Origin: a virus
Length of the DNA: 64,000 nucleotides
IMG/VR virus record: IMGVR_UViG_3300032242_001694
Direction: 5' to 3' (one strand)
Positions 9,709-19,627 of the stretch are shown piece by piece (positions within the stretch are counted from its first letter, which is position 1; the number at the start of each line of letters is the position of its first letter). The position numbers were made by a program, and so were the translations under genes. A model generated the notes under the pieces. It had not been told where the DNA came from. It saw only the letters and a list, made by a program, of their open reading frames with translations, and did no database searches.

Positions 9709-10692
9709 TTATCCAATCATGTCGGCAGCTGGTAGCGAGTAACTAAAGATCATTTCTTTCTCAAGCTCTCTCTTTTCTTGCACAGCCTCGTCATAGATTC
9801 TTTGACCGTTAAATGTCAAGCCTCCAGGCATCTTCATCCCGTCAAACTTCTTGAGGTTCTGACCCCACTGCTCTTTGATCAAGCACTCTGCGTATCTTGC
9901 AAGCCAGCGATCTGCCCAAGCTCTGGTAAACGTATCTGGGTCGATGACCGAGTAAGCCTCAAGAACGATGTAGTCTCCTGGATTAAGGATGTTCCAGTTC
10001 GTGTCGATATAAGCTCTATTCATGTGTCGGTTGTAGCGGATCGGCTGCTGACCAACCAGCATCTGCTCCAAGAACTGTACGTGGTTAAGTGCCATGTAGT
10101 ATGGAACCATCGAGACAGAAGTAAGAGTGTATAAGTCGTTTAAGGCGATCTGGTATCTAATATTGAACAGGTTGTTGGTGTTAAGAGACTGTCCAATAGG
10201 GAACATGTTCACCACGCCAATGATGTTATCAGGCAGCGGGATGTAACCGCCCTTATAGGCTATAAGCTTGGCTCCTGAGCCGGTACTGGTGGTGATAGTC
10301 ACGGTTGGGTCTAGTCTATAGTACTGTCCATTGTTCGTGATATTGATACTGGTGATAGTGCCGTTAGTGTCAGTAGTTAGTGTAGCAGTAGCGCCTGTTC
10401 CCTGTGCATCACCGGTGGCTCTAGTAATGGTTACGCTATCGCTGTTTGAGTAGCCAACCCCGCCGCTTACTACTTTTATCTCTGAGACCCTGTCTGGAAA
10501 GTTTGCAGCTGACACTGTATAGCGATAGTACTGCTTGTCCGAGCCGTCGAAGTGGTAGTCCCAGTAGTAACGCAGGGCTTCATCTACGCGATCGTCTACC
10601 TGATCGTCGTCTACGTTGATCTCAATAACCGGCTTACCCAGCTTGCGCAGGCAGTATTCCTTGAACTCTGTTCTTGTTGCTGGTAATGCCAT
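9709..10692 (-). CDS. gp13: Neck protein with internal beta-rich insertion
   Basis: EYCLRKLGKPVIEINVDDDQ, IKEQWGQNLKKF, PGGLTFNG. Confidence 0.93.
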   Translation of the reverse strand: MALPATRTEFKEYCLRKLGKPVIEINVDDDQVDDRVDEALRYYWDYHFDGSDKQYYRYTVSAANFPDRVSEIKVVSGGVGYSNSDSVTITRATGDAQGTGATATLTTDTNGTITSINITNNGQYYRLDPTVTITTSTGSGAKLIAYKGGYIPLPDNIIGVVNMFPIGQSLNTNNLFNIRYQIALNDLYTLTSVSMVPYYMALNHVQFLEQMLVGQQPIRYNRHMNRAYIDTNWNILNPGDYIVLEAYSVIDPDTFTRAWADRWLARYAECLIKEQWGQNLKKFDGMKMPGGLTFNGQRIYDEAVQEKRELEKEMIFSYSLPAADMIG

Positions 10693-10717
10693 CTAACTAG
10701 TAACCTCTTTTTTATAT

Positions 10718-11170
10718 TTACATCTTTACTAGACTAGTAATTCCAACTGTTTTTTCTTCAAAGCAATCGCATCCCGGACACATGATCTTAGTCGTATCTA
10801 CAAGTCTCTCGTATTGTTTTCTATTCTCTTCGGTCCACTCAAAAGCTCCATAAGGACTATTGTCACCCGTATAGACATCGGTGACGTTGCCGTCTAGATC
10901 TCTTAAAGCAAAGATACAATAGTAGAAAGTATCGTCTTCAAGAGCGGTGAACTTATGGTACAACTCTTTCTTGATGGTCAAGAAAGTTGGAGCAGTGAAT
11001 ACTTTTGGCTCGTATCCCTCAACTTCACACTTAACAGATCCCTTAGCAAGCATAGTTATATGGTCAAAGTTATGCCTGTGACCGTCGTGGTGGTCGCCAG
11101 CTTTTTCATAGTAGTGTTGGCGGATCCAGATATTTCCAAAGTAACCTAGCTCTGTGGGTTTAGACTTCAT
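10718..11170 (-). CDS. Cupin-fold protein
   Basis: GHRHNFDH...LAKGSV...HKFTALED cupin metal motif; start at ATG 11170 behind AGGAG. Confidence 0.7.
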   Translation of the reverse strand: MKSKPTELGYFGNIWIRQHYYEKAGDHHDGHRHNFDHITMLAKGSVKCEVEGYEPKVFTAPTFLTIKKELYHKFTALEDDTFYYCIFALRDLDGNVTDVYTGDNSPYGAFEWTEENRKQYERLVDTTKIMCPGCDCFEEKTVGITSLVKM

Positions 11171-11178
11171 AGTAACTC

Positions 11179-12153
11179 CTAAGACCAACTAATGTAGACG
11201 CGGCCGGCTGCTCCAGCACCTCCGTCATAATAAAGATAACTACCTATTGCTCCGCCAACTCCAGCGACAACAGTATACCCAGTGCCGGCTGTAAGGCCAC
11301 CGGGACCATAAGTTCTTGCGGAATAACCGCCACCGCCACCGCCACCTGGCATAGCAGGAAATTTGCCACCAGTATAAACATAACCAGAAGAGCCACCGCC
11401 GCCCATGTAATTACCAGCAAGACCTGCTGGATTAGGATTTGCGGTATTGCCACCACCTGCATAAGCCCCGCCACCAAAACCGCCGTTGTATGAAGCAGTG
11501 TAACCATACTCTGGATTATAGCTACCAGCTCCAGCTCCAACATAACCATAGTAAGACCCGCTGTAGTCACTATAAAGTTCATATGAACCGTTTGGATAGC
11601 CTACATAAGTATAGTTTCCGGTAGCTGCATAGACTCTGTTACCGCCGTCTGTTCCAGAAACGTTAGTTGACCCGCCGGATGCCGTACCACCGGCTCCACC
11701 AATACCGGTCCGCAGACCACCGTATCGGTTAGTACCTGCTGACTGTCCACCTCCGCCGCCATAACCAATTTGCGTGTACGGTCCATAGAATACTGAAGCG
11801 CCTCCAGTTCCAGCATACGAACCGGTACCTGTGCTGCCACCCGTGTCATTACCACCAGCTCCACCAGCTCCCCACACCTGTACCGTAAGTGCGTTTCTAT
11901 ACAAAGGAGCTGTGAATGTAAAAGTTCCGGTAACTCCGTAATTATAAGTGTCCCAAGTGCCAGTAGATGCCGGATCATATCCCTGCTTACCATAGAAAGC
12001 ATCCATAGAAAGAGCGCCAGAACTAAAAGTTCCAGTAGTTATCCCGCCTGTTGCATACCACGTTGTACCTCTGTACGCGTTTAAGTTATTGCCGCGGCCA
12101 AACACGGCATTTATATCGTACATAGTTATCGTGCCGCTAGCAGGTGTACCCAT
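11179..12153 (-). CDS. Glycine/tyrosine-rich fibre tip adhesin (gp38-like organisation)
   Basis: PASGTITMYDI N-terminal attachment motif, VWGAGGAGG, polyglycine runs; follows the fibre and chaperone genes. Confidence 0.6.
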   Translation of the reverse strand: MGTPASGTITMYDINAVFGRGNNLNAYRGTTWYATGGITTGTFSSGALSMDAFYGKQGYDPASTGTWDTYNYGVTGTFTFTAPLYRNALTVQVWGAGGAGGNDTGGSTGTGSYAGTGGASVFYGPYTQIGYGGGGGQSAGTNRYGGLRTGIGGAGGTASGGSTNVSGTDGGNRVYAATGNYTYVGYPNGSYELYSDYSGSYYGYVGAGAGSYNPEYGYTASYNGGFGGGAYAGGGNTANPNPAGLAGNYMGGGGSSGYVYTGGKFPAMPGGGGGGGYSARTYGPGGLTAGTGYTVVAGVGGAIGSYLYYDGGAGAAGRVYISWS

Positions 12154-12617
12154 CAGTCAGGCGCCTTTGGTAGTTTCGCTCCAATTGGATTAGAAATAGT
12201 GCTAGGGAAGTCCCTAAGTCTTTTTCTATAACCTCTCCACTCAATTCTCTTTTCTTCTGAGATCGGGTAGTCGGGCAGCTGGGTGCAGTCGCTCTGCTCA
12301 AGCAGCATGTTTCTCTGCGATCTCAGTTCATACCAGTATCGAGCATGCGACATATCGTCAGGCGGCACATAGATTAGCTCTGTGATTTGCTGAGCATTCT
12401 CTACCACAACTGGCACAGCAAGAGCTTCTGCTCTCTCATAGTACTCAGTGATGAAAGTATTAAGAGCTTCACCAGTTGGATAGAGACCATCTACAACTGG
12501 AAGAGTGATACTAATACTTTGATCAAAATAAGTACCGCGCTGCTTTACATTTTCAAATTGAACGCCTGTGATACCAGTGTTGGCATCAAAGCTGACTATC
12601 TTATAATTAATCATCAC
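12153..12617 (-). CDS. Tail fibre assembly chaperone
   Basis: C-terminal LRSQRNMLLEQSDCTQLPD...WRGYRKRLRDFP motif. Confidence 0.75.
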   Translation of the reverse strand: MMINYKIVSFDANTGITGVQFENVKQRGTYFDQSISITLPVVDGLYPTGEALNTFITEYYERAEALAVPVVVENAQQITELIYVPPDDMSHARYWYELRSQRNMLLEQSDCTQLPDYPISEEKRIEWRGYRKRLRDFPSTISNPIGAKLPKAPD

Positions 12618-14221
12618 GCCTTTCCTTCTAGTTCTTGTACTCTTGCTTTTAGTTCTTTAATTGCTTCAATAAGAACTGGTACTAATTTCTCATAAGAAAC
12701 GGTTTTGTATGTGTCGCCGTCGATCTCGATAGAGTCAGTTACGATCTCAGGCATAACCACTTCAACCTGATCTGCCAAGATACCGTAGTCTCTTTTGCCA
12801 GCCTTACACTCGGTGTGCGTTATACCAGACTTCCAGTTAAACGTTCCGCCGTCAAGCTTGTCTAGTATATCTAGAGGATTCTTGACGCGCTCAAAGTTCT
12901 CTTTAAGCTTTGGATCCGAGTAAGCTGTAACGTTGCCTGCCGCGACCATGTTACCACTTGCATCCGAGTACCAAGAGTGAGCTGCACGACTCCAACCACC
13001 CAGTGAGAATACCCCATCATTACGGACACCTAGCTTAATAGCATATGAATCGTGCCAGAAAGTTAGACCTGCAAGATTAGTGTCCCCAGCTGTAGTATTT
13101 GCTCTGCAGGTAAAACTGCCTTGAGTTGTATCACTTAAAGCCATAGTAAACCCAGAAGTCCTACCCAAAATTAAATTGACCTGCGCAGTTGCTGATAAGT
13201 AAGTTGCTGTGTTTGCAGTAACGGCAGAGCTGACTGATTTACTAGCGTCTGCAGTGTTATCAACGTTGCCAAGTCCAACTTTAGACTTAGAGATAGTTAG
13301 CCATGTTGGATCTGAGTACGAACCTGAGGTATAGACACCGTTGGTAACTGTTCCAGCATTGCCATTAATCGCTGCGCTGTTCGTGGAATTAGCAAAAGAA
13401 GATGGATTGGTATTGTTATACGGTGTATAGCCAAGCGCGGTGATGATGCTCGAACTGGTGATGGTATAAGCAGACCCGTTGACAAAGAGTCCGGCTGATG
13501 TTATGTAAGCGTTTGCAGTAGAATTTCCAACAAAGAACGCAGTAGTGTTTGCGATAACTGCAGTTCCAACGGTGATTGGACTAGAGAATGTTGCGTTGCC
13601 AGTTACCGAGATTGTGTTGGAGAAAGTTGCGCCGCCGGTATGAGTGGTATTCCCATAGAACGTACCCGTGTTCGCGAACAGGTTCCACTGTTGAGTAGCT
13701 GACCCTAGAGTCAAGTTGTTAACAGCTGGGGTAAATCCCACGTTAGCCTGCCAAGACGGCACCGTGCTGTTGTATAATAGGCTTGCTGAAGTTCCAACTT
13801 TAAGACCTGCTGTATTGGCAAGTGCATTGGTCGATGTGCTGTTGGCAAGAACTAAGTTCAGGTCATTCGTGGTGATGACAGTTGAGTTGACGAAAGTCGT
13901 TGTGCCGGCAAGCGTTAAATTACCGGTAACCGTCAAGCTTCCGCTAACTGTGGCATCCCCTGCAACTGAGATCGTGTTACTGAAAGTAGCGTTGCCAGTT
14001 ACGGTGATCGTATTGGAGAACGTAGCAGCGCCTGTAATACCTGCAGTTCCAGTTACAGCAATCGAGTTACTGAAAGTAGCGTTGCCGGTTACAGCGATCG
14101 CGTTACTAAAAGTAGCGTTGCCGGTTACTGAGATTGTGTTTGATAGAGCCGCAGCCCCGGTTATGTTGGCGGTTGTAGATACTACAAGGCCTGCTCTTAC
14201 TAAGAAGTCTTTACTAGCCAT
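12614..14221 (-). CDS. Tail fibre with C-terminal intramolecular chaperone (peptidase S74)
   Basis: YSDPKLKEN autocleavage motif, GILADQVEVVMPEIV, terminal coiled coil; 12-aa repeats at N-terminus. Confidence 0.85.
   Translation of the reverse strand: MASKDFLVRAGLVVSTTANITGAAALSNTISVTGNATFSNAIAVTGNATFSNSIAVTGTAGITGAATFSNTITVTGNATFSNTISVAGDATVSGSLTVTGNLTLAGTTTFVNSTVITTNDLNLVLANSTSTNALANTAGLKVGTSASLLYNSTVPSWQANVGFTPAVNNLTLGSATQQWNLFANTGTFYGNTTHTGGATFSNTISVTGNATFSSPITVGTAVIANTTAFFVGNSTANAYITSAGLFVNGSAYTITSSSIITALGYTPYNNTNPSSFANSTNSAAINGNAGTVTNGVYTSGSYSDPTWLTISKSKVGLGNVDNTADASKSVSSAVTANTATYLSATAQVNLILGRTSGFTMALSDTTQGSFTCRANTTAGDTNLAGLTFWHDSYAIKLGVRNDGVFSLGGWSRAAHSWYSDASGNMVAAGNVTAYSDPKLKENFERVKNPLDILDKLDGGTFNWKSGITHTECKAGKRDYGILADQVEVVMPEIVTDSIEIDGDTYKTVSYEKLVPVLIEAIKELKARVQELEGKA
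13950..14160 (-). repeat. 36-bp/12-aa tandem repeat (TIxVTGNATFSN)
   Basis: About 5 degenerate copies; boundaries approximate. Confidence 0.8.
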
Positions 14222-14252
14222 GAGTTCCCTTCCCTCCGTCTGGCGTTTTTAT

Positions 14253-14260
14253 TATTTATA
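14253..14260 (-). promoter_or_regulatory. T4 late promoter TATAAATA
   Basis: Exact consensus upstream of the fibre gene starting at 14221. Confidence 0.75.
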
Positions 14261-14269
14261 AAACTTCTA

Positions 14270-15076
14270 TTATGCGAAGTTACCGATGTTGGTATTCGCG
14301 GCACCAGCAGCTGCGCCAACACCAAATGGCGTAATCGTAATGTAAGATCCAGGCAATACGGTAAGAGCTGTAGCACCAGTCTGAGTATAGTTGTGAGAAA
14401 CGGTTCCAGCGACGGTAACGTCGAACGTTCCTTCAATCACGAGATCGACGTATGAGACAGCTGCAGTGGTCGCAGCTGTAACACCAGCGGTAGTAGTAGA
14501 AGGAGTTGTCGTTGATGCTGAAAGGATGTTGGTGGTACCAGTAGTAAGAGAACTGGTGATAGAAATCTTAGACATTACTTGGAACGAGTGGAAACCAACC
14601 GTGGCAGTACCAGACAAGACATAGCCGTAAGTCGTGGCGGTGGCCGTTGTGGTTCCCCTGACTCTCAGAGAGTAGATGTAGCGGCCAACGCCAAGGGTAG
14701 GACCAAAGTTAGTCGCAACGCCTGATGTACCAAAGAAGCTCTGTGTGGTAAGAGCGGTCGTGCCAGCTTTAGACACGCCGTTAACGTATACATATGGGGT
14801 GGCAATTGCAGCACGGTTGTTATTGGTTGGTGTGGCATAGAAAGTCGGATCGGTATATTCAATCGCGCCATTGGCTGGAGCAGTTAAGAGAGTAGCCTGT
14901 GACGTAAATTTAATAGGAACATACGTAGCGTTGCCGGTCGCAAACTGCAGAGAAGCGTTTGATGGCGTAACACCAAACCCCATAGTATTTCCCGGCAATA
15001 TGTTACCGCCGGTATCGATCGTAAGCGATGCACCACCTGCAATATTCTGGATAGCATTTACTCTTAGCGTACTCAT
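14270..15076 (-). CDS. Hypothetical Thr-rich virion/fibre-associated protein
   Basis: ORF in fibre cluster; MSTLRVNAIQ start. Confidence 0.6.
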   Translation of the reverse strand: MSTLRVNAIQNIAGGASLTIDTGGNILPGNTMGFGVTPSNASLQFATGNATYVPIKFTSQATLLTAPANGAIEYTDPTFYATPTNNNRAAIATPYVYVNGVSKAGTTALTTQSFFGTSGVATNFGPTLGVGRYIYSLRVRGTTTATATTYGYVLSGTATVGFHSFQVMSKISITSSLTTGTTNILSASTTTPSTTTAGVTAATTAAVSYVDLVIEGTFDVTVAGTVSHNYTQTGATALTVLPGSYITITPFGVGAAAGAANTNIGNFA

Positions 15077-15092
15077 TTATTGTATCTCCATA

Positions 15093-15527
15093 TTAACGGA
15101 TAGCCCAAGCTGAACCTGATGACACTGTTACTGTAATACCACTATTTATAGTGATAGGTCCGGTTGAGCTTGAGTTGTAACTTGTTGGGACTGTGTAGTT
15201 TGCCGTGATCTGATTATAGTTCTCATGAAATAAGCTGCTAACTGTTGTTGAATTCATGTAAGAATTAACAGTCGCATTTCCTGAGTTATGCGTGGTTGCA
15301 TTAACCGTTGCAGCGTTGACCGTAGTTGCTAGTAAGTTGGCTGAGAAAGTAATTACGTTTGAGAACGTCTGGGTATTAGTCCATGCATACTGGCGATCAG
15401 CAGCAGGAAGCGATAACCCAGAGCTCTTCCACGCACCTGGAGTAGTGTAGTATGTGAACGAGTAGCCAGATGCAGAATCGGTATATATCTGGCCATTTGC
15501 TGGTGATGATGGAAAGTCTATTGCCAT
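15093..15527 (-). CDS. Small fibre-associated protein
   Basis: MAIDFPSSPANGQ start; GPITINSGITVTVSSGSAW end; module shared with other fibres. Confidence 0.6.
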   Translation of the reverse strand: MAIDFPSSPANGQIYTDSASGYSFTYYTTPGAWKSSGLSLPAADRQYAWTNTQTFSNVITFSANLLATTVNAATVNATTHNSGNATVNSYMNSTTVSSLFHENYNQITANYTVPTSYNSSSTGPITINSGITVTVSSGSAWAIR

Positions 15528-15536
15528 GATGATACC

Positions 15537-17657
15537 TTATTGATTTGCCCAAGCAGAAGTTTGAAGGCTGCCGCTGAAGTTACTTGTATAGCGAGCAACA
15601 CCAACTGTAATTCGAAGATCATCTATATATCCAGCAAATGACTGTGAAGATGTGGCTGGATCCATTCCAATATGTATGGTAGTTGTAGCATTATAATCAT
15701 AGTTTGATCCAGGAGTATATGGTGTTCCTGTCGATGTTCCATTTACATAAGCAGTAGTTGTTAGTCCAGATCTAACAATTGCTATATGATACCAAGCAGC
15801 TGAAGTTACTGCGCCAGCGGCGCTATGAATACGGCTCGTTGCTGCTTCACACCAATCAAAACTTCCGTCGCCGTTAAAGATCAATAGAAATTCACCTACA
15901 CCAGATGTGCCTTGTGATAATGGTCTTTGACTTCCCATACCGTCAAACCATATCCACATTTCAATAGTATAATCGCCACTACCTAAAGAATTTTGTGGTC
16001 CTATACTAGTATTAATATCAACACCTCCTGGAAAGCGAATACTGCTACCGCCAAATTTAGATTGTGTAGTGCTTAAACCACCACCTAGATAAGTATTAAA
16101 TACATTTCTCGTCGTGCTGTCATATATAGCACCATTTGTTCCATTTAATAATAATATAGTATTTCCTGTGTATGATACTGGTGCCGTTGGCGGAGTAAAT
16201 GCTGCTGTATAAGCGCTGGTTCCAGATTGAACTCTCATTCCAGCAGTATATCCAAGATGTGTAGTTAAACTTCCTGCATTAGTCGAGAAAGCAGTTGCTG
16301 TGACGGTAGGAGTTCCAGAAATTGCTGGGGCTGTATTAGCGATTAACACACCATTAACATATACAGACGTTACACCGCCAGATCTACAGAAAACATAGTG
16401 AGTCCATGAATTGAGCGCTGGAACTGAACCTATCGTATAGTCATTTCCAGATCCACCTATACCATATCTGAAAGTCATAGCTGGAGTAAGACTGCTGTAA
16501 AATATAACTAGCGATCCGGCAGCATTTACGTTTCCCATGCCAAACACTCCTACGTTTGTCGTAGCAGCATATGATGTTGGGTATAACCAGAATTCTATTG
16601 AAAAATCTGAAGTTGCTGGGGCGTTAGGAAGTGTTGCTGAAAGAATGTTAATACCATCATTAAAAATACTTCCACCCACAGAAGAAACTCCATATGCAGC
16701 AGCTGGTGTAAATGGAGACGTAGGCTGAACAGCAAGACCAGTAGAAGAACCACTAGTTGTTATAGCTCCGTTATTTACGCTTTCTCTAAATCTATTTGAT
16801 TGACAAGTAAGAATAATTGTATTGGTTATAGCAGTTAATGGTACAGTAGATGGAGTAAAACTTGTAAGGTATAAAGCAGTCCCAATAACTACTCTCACAT
16901 TAGAAATGTATGCACCAAGAAAAGATGCACTGACGCCAGATTGACCTCCAATATAAAAGTTTCTGCTTGATGAAACAGGAGCAACTGTCTGGGCAGTCCC
17001 TCCTGAATTTACAAGAGTCCCATTAAGAAAAATATACCAAGTTGTTCCTGTTCTACAAGCAGCAATATGATACCACTGATGCACTGCTAATGTTCCTACA
17101 ACGTGCTGTTGCTGTGATCCAGTACCACCCGAGTTACCTGTAGTAAATACTACAGCACCGGAAGCGTTTGTGGTTTGGAACGAATATTCACTAACGTTAG
17201 TACCAGATACGCCATCTTTTGAAAGGATAAGAGCGCCCGAGCTGGGTAGTCGAGTAAACTTTACCCAACATTCGATAGTGCAATCACCGCTCGAACCCAG
17301 CGCCATACCAGCAGTTGATGGAAAGCTAAAGTAATTAGAAGCACCATAGTGATATGTACTCCATCCTGTTTGGCTATACGGACTAAACGTACCTTGAGTT
17401 ACGGATGCACCGCGAGTTATGGTAGTTCCTGGATACGTATCGATAACTGTATTATTGTTAGCGTTCATGCTACCGTCAGCATGAACCAGCATAGTAGTCT
17501 TATTAAAATATGGATCTGTAACAAATTGAGAATAAGATGGAAATGCATTATTTTGCTTATCTAGTTGTGCTTCTACAACACTGTAGACTCCTGAAGCTGC
17601 GCTTACAGTTGTTGGATTAGTAGGACCAATAACCCCGCCATTCATTCTTACACGCAT
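15537..17657 (-). CDS. Concanavalin A-like/LamG multi-domain virion protein
   Basis: Three repeats of TIExW...WxHxAxxRxG...FxNG...RV; start set at the TAATG overlap at 17657. Confidence 0.8.
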   Translation of the reverse strand: MRVRMNGGVIGPTNPTTVSAASGVYSVVEAQLDKQNNAFPSYSQFVTDPYFNKTTMLVHADGSMNANNNTVIDTYPGTTITRGASVTQGTFSPYSQTGWSTYHYGASNYFSFPSTAGMALGSSGDCTIECWVKFTRLPSSGALILSKDGVSGTNVSEYSFQTTNASGAVVFTTGNSGGTGSQQQHVVGTLAVHQWYHIAACRTGTTWYIFLNGTLVNSGGTAQTVAPVSSSRNFYIGGQSGVSASFLGAYISNVRVVIGTALYLTSFTPSTVPLTAITNTIILTCQSNRFRESVNNGAITTSGSSTGLAVQPTSPFTPAAAYGVSSVGGSIFNDGINILSATLPNAPATSDFSIEFWLYPTSYAATTNVGVFGMGNVNAAGSLVIFYSSLTPAMTFRYGIGGSGNDYTIGSVPALNSWTHYVFCRSGGVTSVYVNGVLIANTAPAISGTPTVTATAFSTNAGSLTTHLGYTAGMRVQSGTSAYTAAFTPPTAPVSYTGNTILLLNGTNGAIYDSTTRNVFNTYLGGGLSTTQSKFGGSSIRFPGGVDINTSIGPQNSLGSGDYTIEMWIWFDGMGSQRPLSQGTSGVGEFLLIFNGDGSFDWCEAATSRIHSAAGAVTSAAWYHIAIVRSGLTTTAYVNGTSTGTPYTPGSNYDYNATTTIHIGMDPATSSQSFAGYIDDLRITVGVARYTSNFSGSLQTSAWANQ

Positions 17658-18013
17658 TAGCTTATCTGCTCCCAACTTGAAACAGCTGTGATATAACTAT
17701 TAGATGTTGAATTAATCTGTAATGAATTATTTTCTAACAAATACAATCCACTATCTTTTGCTAATAAGACAATAACTGCAGATGCAGGAATTGATACGTT
17801 GGCTGCCACATAGTTATTTGTACCCGCTTGGTTTAGCTGTAGATTTACAGCAATTGCTGCCGTGCATGCGTTAGTCACTATTAGATTATTTATTTTATAG
17901 ATTGAGCCAGACGATGCTGGATTCTGAACAACGTTTGCCATCACGGTACCCGCGACTAAGACGCCAGTATTCCCATAAATTGTTGTCACGTTCACTATAT
18001 TTGGATTGGCCAT
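17657..18013 (-). CDS. Small virion structural protein
   Basis: MANPNIVNVTTIYG...YLLENNSL...SWEQIS; follows a fibre ending in AIAMAIVFGG. Confidence 0.6.
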   Translation of the reverse strand: MANPNIVNVTTIYGNTGVLVAGTVMANVVQNPASSGSIYKINNLIVTNACTAAIAVNLQLNQAGTNNYVAANVSIPASAVIVLLAKDSGLYLLENNSLQINSTSNSYITAVSSWEQIS

Positions 18014-18014
18014 C

Positions 18015-19331
18015 TTATCCTCCGAATACTATTGCCATTGCTATGGCTTTGCCTGTTGTCACGCCGCTCGAAGGTGTTGACCAATAAACATTGGCTCCAG
18101 CGCCTGATGATGTTAGTACTTGTCCTGCAGTCCCAGTCGAAGCATTTGCCGTTACTGTATTACTTATAGTAACGTTGCCAGAAAGTGTCGTAGGACCTGT
18201 TACCGATAATGTAGAAAATGTTGTGGGAACATATGTAGCTGAAGCAGTTACCCACTGTGAAGACGTCCCGTCGTTATAGTAGACCAACAACTCGCCAGTA
18301 CCTGTATAGTACCACAGGTTACCAGATGATGGTGAAGATGGAGCAGTGTCAGATACTGTAACAGAAGAGCCGCCGCTGCTGGTAACTGTTGACCAGTATA
18401 CGTTACCACCAGCAGAAGATGTAAGGACTTGACCAGTAGTGCCAACACTACCATTAGCAATTATTGCAGCGTTGACCGAGACATTAGCGGTATGTGTATG
18501 AACACCAGTAAAAGTATACGCACCAGATGTATTTACGTAGTTTGCAAGATTAGCTGAGAGCTGAGCGTTTGATACAATATTTGCCGCTGAGACACTTCCA
18601 ACAAAAGAAGTATTATTAGATGTTAAAGTAGCTACATTAGAAGATAACCCAGCAGTAGTCTGATACGAAGACATGCCGGCTGTTGTTTGATAGCTACTTA
18701 AGTTGCCAGATAGCTGTGCGTTAGTAACTACGTTTGCGCTTAAGTCGATTGTTAAAGTTTTTGGTGCTGAGTTGCTGGTGGCAAGAGTTACTAGAGATCC
18801 ATTGGCAATAGCCAAGGTGTCTTCACCTACTGCGGTGATTGTGGTCTGACCAGCCACTGTAATGTATTTAAAGCCTGATCCAAGACTGACAAACACGTTG
18901 CCCGATCCTTGGTCAGTGACGTATAGTCCTGTAGACTCGTCGAAGTTGATAGCGGTGACACTGCCGACTGTTACGTTTACAGTGCCACCATTACCATATG
19001 TACTTCTAACTGTTAAGCTACTGCTTCCACTAGTTACAGTTGACCAATAGGTTCCGGTACCATTCGTAGTCAATACTTGACCCGAGGTACCGTTTGAACC
19101 ATTGGCTGATATATTTTTTACTGTGAGGGTATTTGATACGTTGTGATTGGTTGTATTGGAGCCAATTTCAAAATATGCAACGCCGTTAGATGAGAATAAC
19201 TTGTTATCTGTTAGATTAAGAGCTAGCTCGCCCGTTGAGATGTACTGTGAGTTGGTAGCATACGAGCCGGTAGTATTCGGCGTACGCCCAGACACAGTTG
19301 TGCGCTTCACATATATTAAATTGTTTGCCAA
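18015..19331 (-). CDS. Tail fibre-like protein
   Basis: IYVKR...GELALNLTDNKLF N-terminal domain; three GTxGQVLT...YW modules; TTG start behind GGAG. Confidence 0.7.
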   Translation of the reverse strand: MANNLIYVKRTTVSGRTPNTTGSYATNSQYISTGELALNLTDNKLFSSNGVAYFEIGSNTTNHNVSNTLTVKNISANGSNGTSGQVLTTNGTGTYWSTVTSGSSSLTVRSTYGNGGTVNVTVGSVTAINFDESTGLYVTDQGSGNVFVSLGSGFKYITVAGQTTITAVGEDTLAIANGSLVTLATSNSAPKTLTIDLSANVVTNAQLSGNLSSYQTTAGMSSYQTTAGLSSNVATLTSNNTSFVGSVSAANIVSNAQLSANLANYVNTSGAYTFTGVHTHTANVSVNAAIIANGSVGTTGQVLTSSAGGNVYWSTVTSSGGSSVTVSDTAPSSPSSGNLWYYTGTGELLVYYNDGTSSQWVTASATYVPTTFSTLSVTGPTTLSGNVTISNTVTANASTGTAGQVLTSSGAGANVYWSTPSSGVTTGKAIAMAIVFGG

Positions 19332-19372
19332 TATTGGCTCCTATCAATCAACCTCAGTATATACCAAGGATA

Positions 19373-19603
19373 TTAGAAGTTATCTTCTTTAGATTCTTCT
19401 TTAGTAGCATTCTTATCTTGCTTAGAGCTTTTCTTGCTAAGACTGCTTATAGTAGCTTCTAGTTTACTCTTCTCTTCGAAAAGATTGGCGATGATCTTTT
19501 CAGAGATCGCCAATCTTGTCTGTAGCATAATTTCCGATTTGCATAACTCGCTAATCTTGTCACTCATCTTTTCAACGTACATATTAATAAACTCTTCATT
19601 CAT
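19373..19603 (-). CDS. Small coiled-coil protein
   Basis: Heptad-rich 76-aa ORF between fibre genes. Confidence 0.65.
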   Translation of the reverse strand: MNEEFINMYVEKMSDKISELCKSEIMLQTRLAISEKIIANLFEEKSKLEATISSLSKKSSKQDKNATKEESKEDNF

Positions 19604-19627
19604 AACAAAACTCCATTTTATATTAGA

